From: an uncultured bacterium
GTDB taxonomy: Bacteria; CAYUVA01
Assembly: GCA_964448115.1 (NCBI GenBank)
Contig: CAYUVA010000012.1
Location: forward strand, 7,769-71,768
DNA: 64,000 nucleotides
Direction: 5' to 3'
Shown: in pieces, positions 47,441 through 59,148 of the stretch
Numbering within the stretch: position 1 is the stretch's first letter
How the letters are laid out: the number at the start of each line of letters is the position of its first letter
The notes under the pieces: generated by a model
Told to the model about the DNA's origin: nothing
What the model saw: only the letters and a program-made list of their open reading frames with translations
The model's database searches: none
Translations under genes and position numbers: made by a program

Positions 47441-48537
47441 GAGAGGGCTTTTCGGATTATATCGAGCATCTTGCCGGCAGCATCGCCGTTTCCGAAGATC
47501 GTATCATCAGCCTGCCTTGGAGCCGGCTTGCTCGTAATCATGTAATCAACCGCCTCGATTATCCCCTTGGCTTCCCTGCCAGCCAATACGCCACAGCCGA
47601 GATCGAATATCTCGTCATACTCGGTGGTCTCATCGATCACCACGCAGGGCACCCGGGCGTAGAAAGCCTCCTTGAGCACACCTGACGAGTCGGTCATCAC
47701 CAGTTGCGCATTCAATACAAGCCCTAGGAAGTCTCGGTATCCAATCGGTTCAAGCAACCTTATTTGATGAGCTGCCTCTAGCTTGCTCCATAGAGCGAAT
47801 TCTTTTAGGCGCTTTTCAGTGCGCGGGTGCACAGGAAAGATCATAGGCATCTCCAAAGAGGTGAGTGCCATTACTATTTCGGCGAGTATTTGTGTATCAT
47901 CGACCGTCTCAGCCCGATGCATGGTAAGCAGGGCATACTGACCAGATTTCAAGTCATATTTCTTCGGCACATCAGCATTATAAAAGCCTTGTGTAACCGC
48001 TATCTTGAATGTATCGTATGTGATGTCGCCGGTAAGGAATATGCGATTATCGGGAATGTTTTCCCTCCTCAGGTTCTCGACTGCCCTTGGTATTGGGCAG
48101 AAACAGAAGTCCGCGCAATGGTCGGCCACCAGCTTGTTCATCTCCTCTGGACGCCATGTATATTCCCGCATCCCAGCCTCGATATGACCATTGGGCATGT
48201 GTAACTTGTAGGCAGCCAGTGCGCCAGCCAAAGCTGAGTTGGTATCCCCGGGCACCAGCACCAGATCTGGCTTCTCAGCCAATAGTACGCTATCCAATTC
48301 CTGCAGCATCCTTCCGGTCTGCACGCCATGTGTGCCACTACCAACCTTGAGATCATAATCGATGGGGGGAAACTGGAAATCATCAAAAAACGCATCCCTC
48401 ATGCTGAAGTCATAGTGCTGCCCGGTGTGGACGGTAACCAACTCGAAGTCATCAGGGTAATCGTTTAGCCTCCAGAAGAGCGGCGCGCACTTGACGAAGT
48501 TCGGTCTTGTACCCATGATCACCATCAGCTTTATCAT
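47437..48537 (-). CDS. wecB: UDP-N-acetylglucosamine 2-epimerase (non-hydrolysing)
   Basis: MIKLMVIMGTRPNFVKCAPLF ... VHTGQHYDFSM ... the conserved two-Rossmann layout of the WecB/MnaA family. Confidence 0.88.
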   Translation of the reverse strand: MIKLMVIMGTRPNFVKCAPLFWRLNDYPDDFELVTVHTGQHYDFSMRDAFFDDFQFPPIDYDLKVGSGTHGVQTGRMLQELDSVLLAEKPDLVLVPGDTNSALAGALAAYKLHMPNGHIEAGMREYTWRPEEMNKLVADHCADFCFCPIPRAVENLRRENIPDNRIFLTGDITYDTFKIAVTQGFYNADVPKKYDLKSGQYALLTMHRAETVDDTQILAEIVMALTSLEMPMIFPVHPRTEKRLKEFALWSKLEAAHQIRLLEPIGYRDFLGLVLNAQLVMTDSSGVLKEAFYARVPCVVIDETTEYDEIFDLGCGVLAGREAKGIIEAVDYMITSKPAPRQADDTIFGNGDAAGKMLDIIRKALS

Positions 48538-48568
48538 GCCATTAGGATAGCATATTCGCTTAGGCTAA

Positions 48569-50680
<2,112 letters not shown>

Positions 50681-50741
50681 TATAATTTGTTGGCATACAA
50701 GCAAGTGTATCTATTTAGTTCGAGTTAATTGCCCTTAAGTA

Positions 50742-50852
50742 GGTAGAAGCCCTCTACCAAAGGAGTTTGTCTTATACCCCCAGATATTTACCCGATATGT
50801 CATTCCGACCGAGCTTGTTCCGAAAAAACCAGCACAAGCTTGGTCGGAATGA
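50742..50852. repeat. Hairpin followed by a 19-bp inverted repeat between convergent genes (terminator, protein-binding site or small RNA)
   Basis: Hairpin 50742-50758 (6-bp stem, 5-nt loop). IR arms 50800-50818 and 50834-50852 (19 nt each, one C/T difference that becomes a G-U pair in RNA on one strand, 15-nt loop). Confidence 0.5.
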
Positions 50853-50955
50853 TATATTGGAGGGCTTTTTGGACATTTTGAGACGGACTCCAGGGGGAGA
50901 GGAGGCGGGGAGAACAATCTATTGCCTATGTAAATATCCACACCCTCAAGCCTTA

Positions 50956-52110
50956 CTAAAGCCTGAAGCTGCTGCTGGCTAGCGGAGCATGACTCCAATC
51001 TTCTCGCGATAGATCATAGACTCGCCAGAAATAGGCTCCTTTAGCGAAGCGTTGCAGCACCTGTGGTTTTATGGCAAAAAGGGCTTCGCTTGGAAAGGAA
51101 GCGAACTTGTCGATGAAGTTGACCGAGTTCGAGATCTCCAACAGGTAGCGATGTTTGTGCTCCGTCTGGCAACTACCTTCCCACCTGAGGGTTATTCCAT
51201 CTTCAGGCTTTACCGTTTCACTAGCTTCCTCGATGACTCTTTTAAGTCCTTTCAAGTGTGCGCTTCCGAGCCTTACCAGGTTGGAGGCGAACATGCATGA
51301 CTTGAACAGGGCGATGGTTGACCGCTTATAACGCTTGCTTAAGAAACAAAGCAATCCCTTGTCCCAAGCAACGAGGTCTCTAATCTTCTCGGCATGGCGC
51401 AGCTTGCTTTGTCCGAAGTAGTGAATGATCCTGGCTTTAGGTTCAACAGCTATCTTATAGCCTGATCTGCGAATACGATAGCTCCAATCGGTATCCTCGT
51501 ATCCCAAGAAATAATGTTCATCCATATAATCGAGCTTCCTAGCCAGTTCAGCGCTGAGCATGAAATACGCCCCTCCGATGCCAGGCACCTCGCAGAGCTG
51601 ATCATCTTTGAGCCAGTATTGCCAATCGACCTCCCAAAGTTGCCTTATCTTGGAGGCATTAGGGAATATCCTGGATGCAATCGTTTGCTCAAGGATGGCA
51701 TGGAGGAGATCCGGTGGCTTGTTGGTGCTTATCTGGAGGGTCATATCATCATCGATAAAGGCTCTCGGACCCACCGCTCCTATCTGCGAATTACTCTCCA
51801 AACACTGCACCATATTCTCCAGGGCACCTGGCAGCACAATGGTATCCGGGTTGAGCAGGATAATATAGTTCCCCCCGGCTATCCTCATGCCCTGGTTATT
51901 AGCCCTGGCAAAGCCGAGATTTTCCTGGTTTACTACCAGCTTGGTGCTGGGAAAATCCGCTGCCAGCATCTCTGCCACACCATCGGTGGAGCTGTTATCA
52001 ACAACGATGACCTCGTAATCAAGATTGCAGCCGCTTTCAATGGAGAATAGACAGTTCTTCAGATAATCGGTTGTGTTATAGTTGACAATGATTATAGACA
52101 GGTCTTTCAC
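50956..52110 (-). CDS. Glycosyltransferase family 2
   Basis: LSIIIVNYNTTDYLKNCL ... YEVIVVDNSSTDG ... DTIV (DxD-like) ... soluble, 384 aa. Confidence 0.9.
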   Translation of the reverse strand: MKDLSIIIVNYNTTDYLKNCLFSIESGCNLDYEVIVVDNSSTDGVAEMLAADFPSTKLVVNQENLGFARANNQGMRIAGGNYIILLNPDTIVLPGALENMVQCLESNSQIGAVGPRAFIDDDMTLQISTNKPPDLLHAILEQTIASRIFPNASKIRQLWEVDWQYWLKDDQLCEVPGIGGAYFMLSAELARKLDYMDEHYFLGYEDTDWSYRIRRSGYKIAVEPKARIIHYFGQSKLRHAEKIRDLVAWDKGLLCFLSKRYKRSTIALFKSCMFASNLVRLGSAHLKGLKRVIEEASETVKPEDGITLRWEGSCQTEHKHRYLLEISNSVNFIDKFASFPSEALFAIKPQVLQRFAKGAYFWRVYDLSREDWSHAPLASSSFRL

Positions 52111-52115
52111 TGGGA

Positions 52116-52646
52116 TCAGACGATCTCGAAACGCTGTGAGTGAGGATTTATCAACAATCCGTTGTCTATATCCCTGGTGATTGCTATCCTCTCGACCAGC
52201 TCCCTGGCTCTGGTCATATCATCGATTGAAAGATGGAAGCTCCATAAGGTACGGTATCGGATGCGCTGCACCACCTCGAAGCCTTTGTATAGCTTACGCA
52301 GGGAGGCTAGGGCTATGTCGCCGCGGGTATCTGCCAAGTACTCACTTATTCCAAGTATTACCGTGTCTTCTGCATGGCGCGCTCTCGATTTGCCGAAGTA
52401 CTGCTCGGTGTGGATGCTGAAGGTGTTCTTGTTGGGGTTGACGAATAGCTTGGTCTGTGTAGCCAATTTATGCAGTATCCTCTCCGCCTCATTTTTATCC
52501 TTGCAGTCAAGCTCGATCTCCCAAAGATCATCCCGCTTGAGGTTCATAAGCTCACCGGAATATCCCATATCATCCACCAGTGTTGCCAGGGTGGTATTAG
52601 CCACCAGGTCCTGGGTTATAAGATGTACGATAAGGAATGCCTTCAT
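52116..52646 (-). CDS. purS: Tandem-duplicated PurS (FGAM synthase PurS subunit, two PurS domains fused)
   Basis: 176 aa, about twice the length of a PurS domain. Both halves carry the PurS pattern (LANTTLATLVDDMGY...LWEIELDC...FVNPNKNTF; second half LADTRGDIALASLRKLYKG...LWSFHLS...LINPHSQRFEI). Directly downstream of purQ with a 4-nt overlap. Confidence 0.7.
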   Translation of the reverse strand: MKAFLIVHLITQDLVANTTLATLVDDMGYSGELMNLKRDDLWEIELDCKDKNEAERILHKLATQTKLFVNPNKNTFSIHTEQYFGKSRARHAEDTVILGISEYLADTRGDIALASLRKLYKGFEVVQRIRYRTLWSFHLSIDDMTRARELVERIAITRDIDNGLLINPHSQRFEIV

Positions 52647-53497
52647 TGTTTACCCTTCAGATTTATGTATTTTAGCATACTAGCGAATATCTTCCGCCCC
52701 GGTCCCGCCCCAAGCAGCGACTCGCTATCCCCGATCGCCCTGTATTTTCTCTGGGCGTACTGGCTTACAATGCTATCTGGCAACTGGTATAGCCAACTGG
52801 CGCGCTCCGGATGGGGCATCAGGGCGAGGACATTGCCGGCTCGATTGATTATGCCGGCTGCATTGGCAAAAGAGCCATTGGGATTTATCGGGAAGTCAGC
52901 ATAAACCGTGCCCACGCTGTCGCAGTACTGAAACAATACCTGTCGGTTTTTCATTATGGCGTGCCTTACCTCATCATCCGTGGTGGTGAAGTTCCCCTCC
53001 CCGTGTGCAACCGGTATCGGTATGATCTCGTTATCATCGAATGCTAGATCAAAGGCGGTCGGTTCGGGAGGCTTGTTTACTTTTACAAACACCCACTCGC
53101 AGTAGAAGCCGCTCCTACCTGGGGTTACATTACGAGATAAAGCCATCTGGACCATAGGTTTTTCATCTATGCCGGGCACCAATCCAGCTTCGACCAATAC
53201 CTGGGCGCCATTGCAGATGCCCAAGATTGGCTTGCCTTTCATGGCTTGTCGTATGAGTGTACGAACAATATCTTTCTTGGCAGCGATGGCTCCTGCCCGC
53301 ACTCGATCCTGGTATGAGAAACCGCCTGGTATTATATAACCATCGAACTCGGTCAACAGGTCTGGATCTCGGTTCCAGCGGAAGATCTCGGCATCCATGC
53401 CGGCAGCCCGTACCGCCCGTGCGGTCTCATACTCGCAGTTACTTCCCGGATATTGGATTACTGCTATGCGCGGTATTGTCGGCTCATCTTTTTGCAT
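52643..53497 (-). CDS. purQ: Phosphoribosylformylglycinamidine synthase glutaminase subunit PurQ
   Basis: Class I glutamine amidotransferase: RIAVIQYPGSNCEYETARA ... GGFSYQD ... GICNGAQVL ... HPE. Confidence 0.92.
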   Translation of the reverse strand: MQKDEPTIPRIAVIQYPGSNCEYETARAVRAAGMDAEIFRWNRDPDLLTEFDGYIIPGGFSYQDRVRAGAIAAKKDIVRTLIRQAMKGKPILGICNGAQVLVEAGLVPGIDEKPMVQMALSRNVTPGRSGFYCEWVFVKVNKPPEPTAFDLAFDDNEIIPIPVAHGEGNFTTTDDEVRHAIMKNRQVLFQYCDSVGTVYADFPINPNGSFANAAGIINRAGNVLALMPHPERASWLYQLPDSIVSQYAQRKYRAIGDSESLLGAGPGRKIFASMLKYINLKGKQ

Positions 53498-53499
53498 AC

Positions 53500-55881
53500 T
53501 TACCTCATCGCCTTTTCCAAGCCAGAAGTCCAGGGCATTATAAGCTGCCTTATCTCTAGGTCTATAAGCGCCTTATCCCGCTCAAGTATTGTAAATCTTT
53601 GCTCCGGGCGCGTCTCGCCTATATAGCGATAATAAATGCCATAGTTGAGCAAGATGCGGTTGCATATCTCGTAGTTCTCCGGCGGTATCTCCAGGACAAA
53701 TCCACCGCTCTCGGAGAAAAGCAGCTTATCTGCGCGCAGGTGGGAGCCTAAACGGCTAAGATCCACACTTATGCCAACAGATCCATTGGCCCTGGCTCCC
53801 ATACACATCTCTGCCAGGCAGACAGCAAGCCCCCCATCAGAGATATCATGGCAGGCGCGAGCCAAAGACTGGTCGATTATATCGATGACCGCATGTATCA
53901 TCCGGGTAGCCTCCTCGAAATCGAAACGGGGCACATTAGCGCCCAATGAATCGAGATGGCTGCGATAGAAGGCTGAACCACCGCACTCATCTCTCCTGGC
54001 GCCAATGAGCAATAGTAGGTCGTTAGACGCCTTGAGCTGCATGGTGATCGCTTTGCTGAAGTCATCGAGCAGCCCCACGGCACATATTATTGGAGAGGGA
54101 TCTATCCCAACTCCGCTAGCGGATCTATTGTACAGGCTCACATTCCCACTCACTATCGGGCAAGGTTGACCTGGATAATCCTTTAGCCTGATGCCCTTTG
54201 CTGCCTCAGCGACCCCCCTTATCCCTTCCTCGAACTGCCAATAGCTGACCGGGTGCGTTGGATTGCCGAAGTTAAGGCAGTCGGTCAACCCGATCGGCTT
54301 GGCACCGACCGCTGCCACATTGCGCATCGCCTCGAAGACCGCATTTGCGCCTCCCCAGTAGGGATCGATCCGTCCATAGAACGGATTATTATCCGTGGCG
54401 ATTGCGATCCCGCATCTGCCACCATATTCAAGCAAGGGGGCAATGACGCCAGCATCGGCTTCACCGCTCCTTATTACGGCATTGCCCTGCACCTCTGTGT
54501 CGTAGTAATTGTAAATGTAAGCCTTGCAGGCTATCTCGGGCATCTCCAGGATGCGTAAAAGAACGCTCCCCAGGTCTTCGGGCATAGGGAATACCGGCTC
54601 ATTTAGCTTTATCTGTGGCTTTTCTCTTGGGTGATCCTCGCTAATGGCGCCGACCAGCTTGCAAACCGGCACAGCTACTACCGGCTCACCATCATGCAAC
54701 AATATGTAGTCAGGCTCATCGATGACCTCTCCGATGATCCTGGCGCAGGCGCCCTGCGATATCTTAGGCAGTTCCCAGTCATGGTTATAGATATGCAAAA
54801 CTTGCTTGGAGAATTCCCTGGGCACCATGAGCAGGTATCTTTCCTGGGTCTCTGCGCAGGCGATGACCTCAGGGGGCAGGTTTTCAATAGCAACATGCAC
54901 CCTGTCGAGGTAGATGCGTACTCCCAGATTGCCAGCGGCAGCCATCTCACTGGAAGCGCAGGCAAGCCCGGCGCCACCCAGGTCCTTGAAGCCGACCGCA
55001 TATCCAAGTTCCTTAGCCTTATCAAGCACTGCCCGGTTAGCCTTTCTCATGGCAAGGACATTCTTCAGGAAGGGATCATGAACCTGCACCGCTCCCTGTT
55101 TCTCTATATCCTTATCGGTATCCATATCCTCCGAGGCAAAGGCAGCTCCGCCGAATCCGCTTGCATCGGTAGGTTTCCCGACCAGAATGACATCATAAGG
55201 CATATCGGCAGCGGCAGGCGGCGCCTTGCTATGGATGATATCATCGTAGGCGACCCTGCCGATGGCGACTACATTGACCAGGCAGTTGTCATCGAAGCTC
55301 TCGTTGAAGTAAACATCTCCACCGAGATTGGGGACGCCGAGTGCATTGCCGTATTCCATAATCCCCTCGACTACACCGCCGGCGATCCACTTGGTGCGAG
55401 CGCTATGTTTTCCCTTGGGATCGCCAAATCGCAGGGGATCGAGTACACCGATAACATCAGCGCCCATGCAGTCAACATCACGAACGATGCCGCCGATGCC
55501 GGTTGCAGCCCCTTCAACTGGGAGCACCTGTGAGGGATGGTTATGGCTCTCATGCCCGATGACAAGGCACCATTTTACACCATTGATCTCCTCTATGAAG
55601 AGGATGCCGGCATCCTCCTGCGGACCCTGTGCAACTGTTGGACCATCGGTATGGAAGTACTTCTTCAGGAATGCCCGGCTGCTCTTGTACGAGCAGTGCT
55701 CGCTCCACTCGCCGTTGAATATGTAAAGCTCGACCAGTGATGGATTTCTGCCTAGCAGGTCCTTTATCTTGAGCACCTCTTGTGCGCTGAGCACCAGATC
55801 ACGTGCCTTGAGGTACTCGGCAAGCTCGTCCTTGCTCTTGAAGTCCTCCAGCTTGAGGACATTTCGTAGATCTTCAGCCAT
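53500..55881 (-). CDS. purL: Phosphoribosylformylglycinamidine synthase subunit PurL (small form)
   Basis: SEHCSYKSS ... GHESHNHPSQVLPVEGAATGIGGIVRDV ... duplicated AIR-synthase-like domains. 793 aa. Confidence 0.95.
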   Translation of the reverse strand: MAEDLRNVLKLEDFKSKDELAEYLKARDLVLSAQEVLKIKDLLGRNPSLVELYIFNGEWSEHCSYKSSRAFLKKYFHTDGPTVAQGPQEDAGILFIEEINGVKWCLVIGHESHNHPSQVLPVEGAATGIGGIVRDVDCMGADVIGVLDPLRFGDPKGKHSARTKWIAGGVVEGIMEYGNALGVPNLGGDVYFNESFDDNCLVNVVAIGRVAYDDIIHSKAPPAAADMPYDVILVGKPTDASGFGGAAFASEDMDTDKDIEKQGAVQVHDPFLKNVLAMRKANRAVLDKAKELGYAVGFKDLGGAGLACASSEMAAAGNLGVRIYLDRVHVAIENLPPEVIACAETQERYLLMVPREFSKQVLHIYNHDWELPKISQGACARIIGEVIDEPDYILLHDGEPVVAVPVCKLVGAISEDHPREKPQIKLNEPVFPMPEDLGSVLLRILEMPEIACKAYIYNYYDTEVQGNAVIRSGEADAGVIAPLLEYGGRCGIAIATDNNPFYGRIDPYWGGANAVFEAMRNVAAVGAKPIGLTDCLNFGNPTHPVSYWQFEEGIRGVAEAAKGIRLKDYPGQPCPIVSGNVSLYNRSASGVGIDPSPIICAVGLLDDFSKAITMQLKASNDLLLLIGARRDECGGSAFYRSHLDSLGANVPRFDFEEATRMIHAVIDIIDQSLARACHDISDGGLAVCLAEMCMGARANGSVGISVDLSRLGSHLRADKLLFSESGGFVLEIPPENYEICNRILLNYGIYYRYIGETRPEQRFTILERDKALIDLEIRQLIMPWTSGLEKAMR

Positions 55882-55973
55882 CGAAATCCTTTGATATCGT
55901 AATTAAGTTGTGCAGTAAACTAGGACAAGGTATATGGAAAGTCAAGAGAATCAAAAATCCACACGGTGCTACC

Positions 55974-56106
55974 CTATCACTTTATCACTCTATCACTTAT
56001 CAATTCTTTCCATGTGATTTCTGTGTCTTGGTTGTAATGTTCTTTTTTCCTACCTCACGCCTTCCCTCCTTTATCACTCTATCAATCTACCACTCTATCA
56101 CTTTTC
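55974..56106. repeat. Two clusters of CTATCA(C) direct repeats in the divergent purL / MFS promoter region
   Basis: Cluster A 55974-56003 (ctatcactttatcactctatcacttatcaa). Cluster B 56070-56106. Exact 15-mer TTTATCACTCTATCA at 55981-55995 and again at 56070-56084. Confidence 0.5.
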
Positions 56107-56402
56107 AAGAACTTTTTAGTCCCTTGTTTTTCTGCTATTGTTTTTAGTAGGGCGAAGCCAGCATTGTTTGTGATATTTTTATCTCTGGTTTGGAGTTTGA
56201 ATTTTGCATTGAAATTTTTTATCATCAGCACATCTCGTGGGTATTTATTTTGACACCTTGATTATATCAAGCAATCCAAGAACCTGCGAGGTTTTCTTGC
56301 ATCATAAATCCGATCAAACCGAAGATTTGGGGTTCCCACAAAGGAGTGCATATTTGTACGCTCAGGCTGCAATGGATATAGTAAGAACTTGTTGTTATCG
56401 AT

Positions 56403-57635
56403 ATGTCGCTTAATACACGAAAAAACGACCTTCTGATATCTCTTAAGGGACAAGGCTTGACTCGAAGGGTGCTTGCGATCTCCATGGTGCGCCTAAGCGA
56501 TGCGCTGAGCAATAGCCTGCTGATGATCGTGATACCACTGATCATTCATGATCTCCATGCAGAGGGATTCAAGGAGCTTCCACGAGAGACATTGGTCGGC
56601 ATCGCCATAGCTGTTTATGGCTTTACAATGGCTCTAGGACAGCGCCCCATGGCTAATCTAACCGACCGTATCGGTCGCCGCAAGCCGTTTATCTTGGCTG
56701 GTTTGCTAGCATTGGCTCTAATTACCTTCTCTTACGGCATGGTCGAGTCCTACCCTCAATTAATAATGCTGCGCTTCCTCCACGGCATGGCAGCAGCCAC
56801 CATCATACCGGCATCCCTGGGGTTGCTGGTAAAATTCAGCTCTCAGCAGAGCAGAGGCGGCTCCATGGGATTTTATACGACCTTTAGAGGATTGGGATTT
56901 TTTCTTGGTCCTATCCTTAGCGGTTATATAACCGTGACTTATGGCAGGAGTTGGGTATTTGCTACCGGTGCATTCTTTGTTGTCCTCGGCTTTTTGTTCA
57001 TGCTAACCGTGGGGGAGGGATCCCGCCGCACATCTGCTCAAGCTGATGAGGAATCGATGCCGGGAAATGAGATGGCTGCTTTGGCGACAAGCCACATGAT
57101 CCTCGCCGTGGTCAGTTTCGCATGGGGATTTGGCATGACCATGATGACCACCCTGGAGAATGAGTTCAATGAGCGGCTTGGTCAGGATGCCTTTCACTTT
57201 GGTATCGCCTTCTCTGCCATGGTTCTGGTGCGCCTATTCTTGCAGTTTCCCTTTGGCAGGTTAAGTGATCGGATTGGCAGGAAGAGGGTTATCATGTTGG
57301 GGCTTTGCCTGATGGCGCCAGCTACAATACTACTTGGCTATGCTCCTAGTACTGAATGGCTGATCTTCTTTCGTGCCTTGCAGGGTATCGGTTCGGCTGC
57401 ATTAGCATCGCCGCTTTTCGCATTAGCAGCCGATCTATCCCAGGCAGGCAAGGAAGCCCAGCAGGTGAGTTTGATCGCAACCGGCTTCGGATTGGGGCTT
57501 GCTAGCGGTCCCTTGGTTACAGGATTCCTGGCTGGTTACGTATCCTTCTACTGTCCCTTTTATGTCGCAGCAGCCATGACCCTTCTAGGCGCTCTGTTTG
57601 TATGGTTAATAGTTCCGGGAACTAGTGCTAGGTAG
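56403..57635 (+). CDS. MFS transporter
   Basis: 12-TM pattern. MFS signature between TM2 and TM3: LTDRIGRRKPFILAGL, and its repeat LSDRIGRKRVIMLGL in the second half. Confidence 0.9.
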   Translation: MSLNTRKNDLLISLKGQGLTRRVLAISMVRLSDALSNSLLMIVIPLIIHDLHAEGFKELPRETLVGIAIAVYGFTMALGQRPMANLTDRIGRRKPFILAGLLALALITFSYGMVESYPQLIMLRFLHGMAAATIIPASLGLLVKFSSQQSRGGSMGFYTTFRGLGFFLGPILSGYITVTYGRSWVFATGAFFVVLGFLFMLTVGEGSRRTSAQADEESMPGNEMAALATSHMILAVVSFAWGFGMTMMTTLENEFNERLGQDAFHFGIAFSAMVLVRLFLQFPFGRLSDRIGRKRVIMLGLCLMAPATILLGYAPSTEWLIFFRALQGIGSAALASPLFALAADLSQAGKEAQQVSLIATGFGLGLASGPLVTGFLAGYVSFYCPFYVAAAMTLLGALFVWLIVPGTSAR

Positions 57636-57696
57636 CAGATGCTACCAATATAGTTAAAGATAATGTATCCTTCTGGGTAAAAGGGAGGGACGAAGT

Positions 57697-58776
57697 ATGT
57701 CAAAGGTTCTGGTTACCGGTGCCTGCGGTTTTCTCGGCACCCATCTGGTTGAGGAATTTATTGCTGCTGGATACGATCTCAAAGCCACTGACCTGCCAGA
57801 TATGGATTCAGACTTCGTTACCGGGCTGGGAGCTGAATTTATACCATCTGATGTAACCGACATCGACTCGCTGCGCAAGGTAGTAAAGGGCTGCGATATC
57901 GTAGTACACAATGCTGGCATCTTCGATTTCAGCGCGTCGAGGGAGCTTCTTTTCGATGTCAATTGCGGTGGGGTTCATAACATGGCAAAAGCTTCCTTGG
58001 AGGCTGGCTTAAAGCGCTTCATAATAATAAGCTCGGTAGCGGTCTATGGCTCCCCTGCCTACATCCCCATCGATGAAGAGCATCCTAAAGCGCCCTCTAA
58101 CAACTACGGTCTATCCAAGTATGCCGGGGAGTTGGCTGCATTCAAGTACTACCACGAGAACGGTCTGCCGGTTACATCCTTGCGCCCCACACTCATTTAT
58201 GGTCCCCGCAGCACTTATGGTCATGCCTGTTTCCTCGCTTTGGCTCAACTGGTAAAATGGAGGCTCAAGCGGTTACCACTTTTGGGCATCAAGGGAGGCT
58301 TTTACGCTCATGCAGTTCATGCAGAGGATGTGGCACGGGCTGCGGTGTTGGTTGCACAAAATGATCGCGCCATCGGGGGCGCCTACAACCTGGTCGATGA
58401 TACTCCTTTGACAGTCGAGCAGTATCTCCAATCCTTGATTGAGCCATTCGGATTAAGTCCCCTATTCAAATTCCCAATTTTCAAACCAATCTGGCGCGGT
58501 TGCGCAGCCATGTTGGTCAAACATTCAAGGTGGGCGATCAATCTACTAAATAGGCGATTGCAACACCTTTTTGACAGAATGTGCCAGCAGTTTGAGCTTC
58601 GTACTCCCTTAAGACCGCGCCTGGACATCGAGTACATCGATTATTCACGCCAGGACATGATCTTCTCCAACCAGAGACTGAAAAAACTTGGCTTCAAGTT
58701 CAACTATCCCGACTTCAGGACTGGTATAGCTGAGACGGTGCAATGGTATAAGGACAATGGGTGGTTGGTCAGATAA
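57697..58776 (+). CDS. NAD-dependent epimerase/dehydratase (extended SDR)
   Basis: VLVTGACGFLGTHLV (GxxGxxG). Catalytic YGLSKYAGE (YxxxK). 359 aa. Confidence 0.92.
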   Translation: MSKVLVTGACGFLGTHLVEEFIAAGYDLKATDLPDMDSDFVTGLGAEFIPSDVTDIDSLRKVVKGCDIVVHNAGIFDFSASRELLFDVNCGGVHNMAKASLEAGLKRFIIISSVAVYGSPAYIPIDEEHPKAPSNNYGLSKYAGELAAFKYYHENGLPVTSLRPTLIYGPRSTYGHACFLALAQLVKWRLKRLPLLGIKGGFYAHAVHAEDVARAAVLVAQNDRAIGGAYNLVDDTPLTVEQYLQSLIEPFGLSPLFKFPIFKPIWRGCAAMLVKHSRWAINLLNRRLQHLFDRMCQQFELRTPLRPRLDIEYIDYSRQDMIFSNQRLKKLGFKFNYPDFRTGIAETVQWYKDNGWLVR

Positions 58777-58848
58777 TATCCTCCACAATCTAATAAAGGT
58801 GAGCACATTATATTCCTTAAGACTGGGATAGGTTCACGCAAAGAGGGG

Positions 58849-59106
58849 TTGACTTATCAATATTCGAGTAATATGAAGGGATTCGTACTAGTCGAACCGA
58901 TATGGGAACAAAACAGACCAGTTCTTTGTTTATCAATAATTGGCAGAAACCTTGGCATTATGGACGAGGAGAATTCAGAAAAGATGATGAAAAAAAATCA
59001 GCAGGGAACCGATGATTTCGGATGGCGCTTCCATCTGGGTCCGCTGGCTATCTCAGCAGTTATCACGCTGCTTTTCTATATCTTCGTGCTGATATTCTTC
59101 AAATGA
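58849..59106 (+). CDS. Possible small membrane protein (single C-terminal TM helix)
   Basis: Open frame ending in LGPLAISAVITLLFYIFVLIFFK. An internal ATG (MDEENSEK...) gives a 48-aa alternative. No RBS support. Confidence 0.3.
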   Translation: MTYQYSSNMKGFVLVEPIWEQNRPVLCLSIIGRNLGIMDEENSEKMMKKNQQGTDDFGWRFHLGPLAISAVITLLFYIFVLIFFK

Positions 59107-59148
59107 TGTCTATGCTGCTCATTTTGCTAGAAAAGGAGGTCTAAAATC

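Noticed and set aside
50767-50982. 71-aa ORF (TTG start) spanning the 19-bp inverted repeat
   Set aside because: An RBS 1 nt from the start is not functional, and the sequence is dominated by a palindrome. It overlaps the convergent GT2 gene end. I treated it as non-coding.
55974-56106. Possibility of a CRISPR array
   Set aside because: The repeat units are only 6-15 nt, the spacing is irregular, and there are just two clusters. There is no cas gene in the window.
55908-56147. 79-aa ORF across the CTATCA repeat region
   Set aside because: The product is low-complexity and dictated by the repeats. There is no RBS and it lies in a promoter region.
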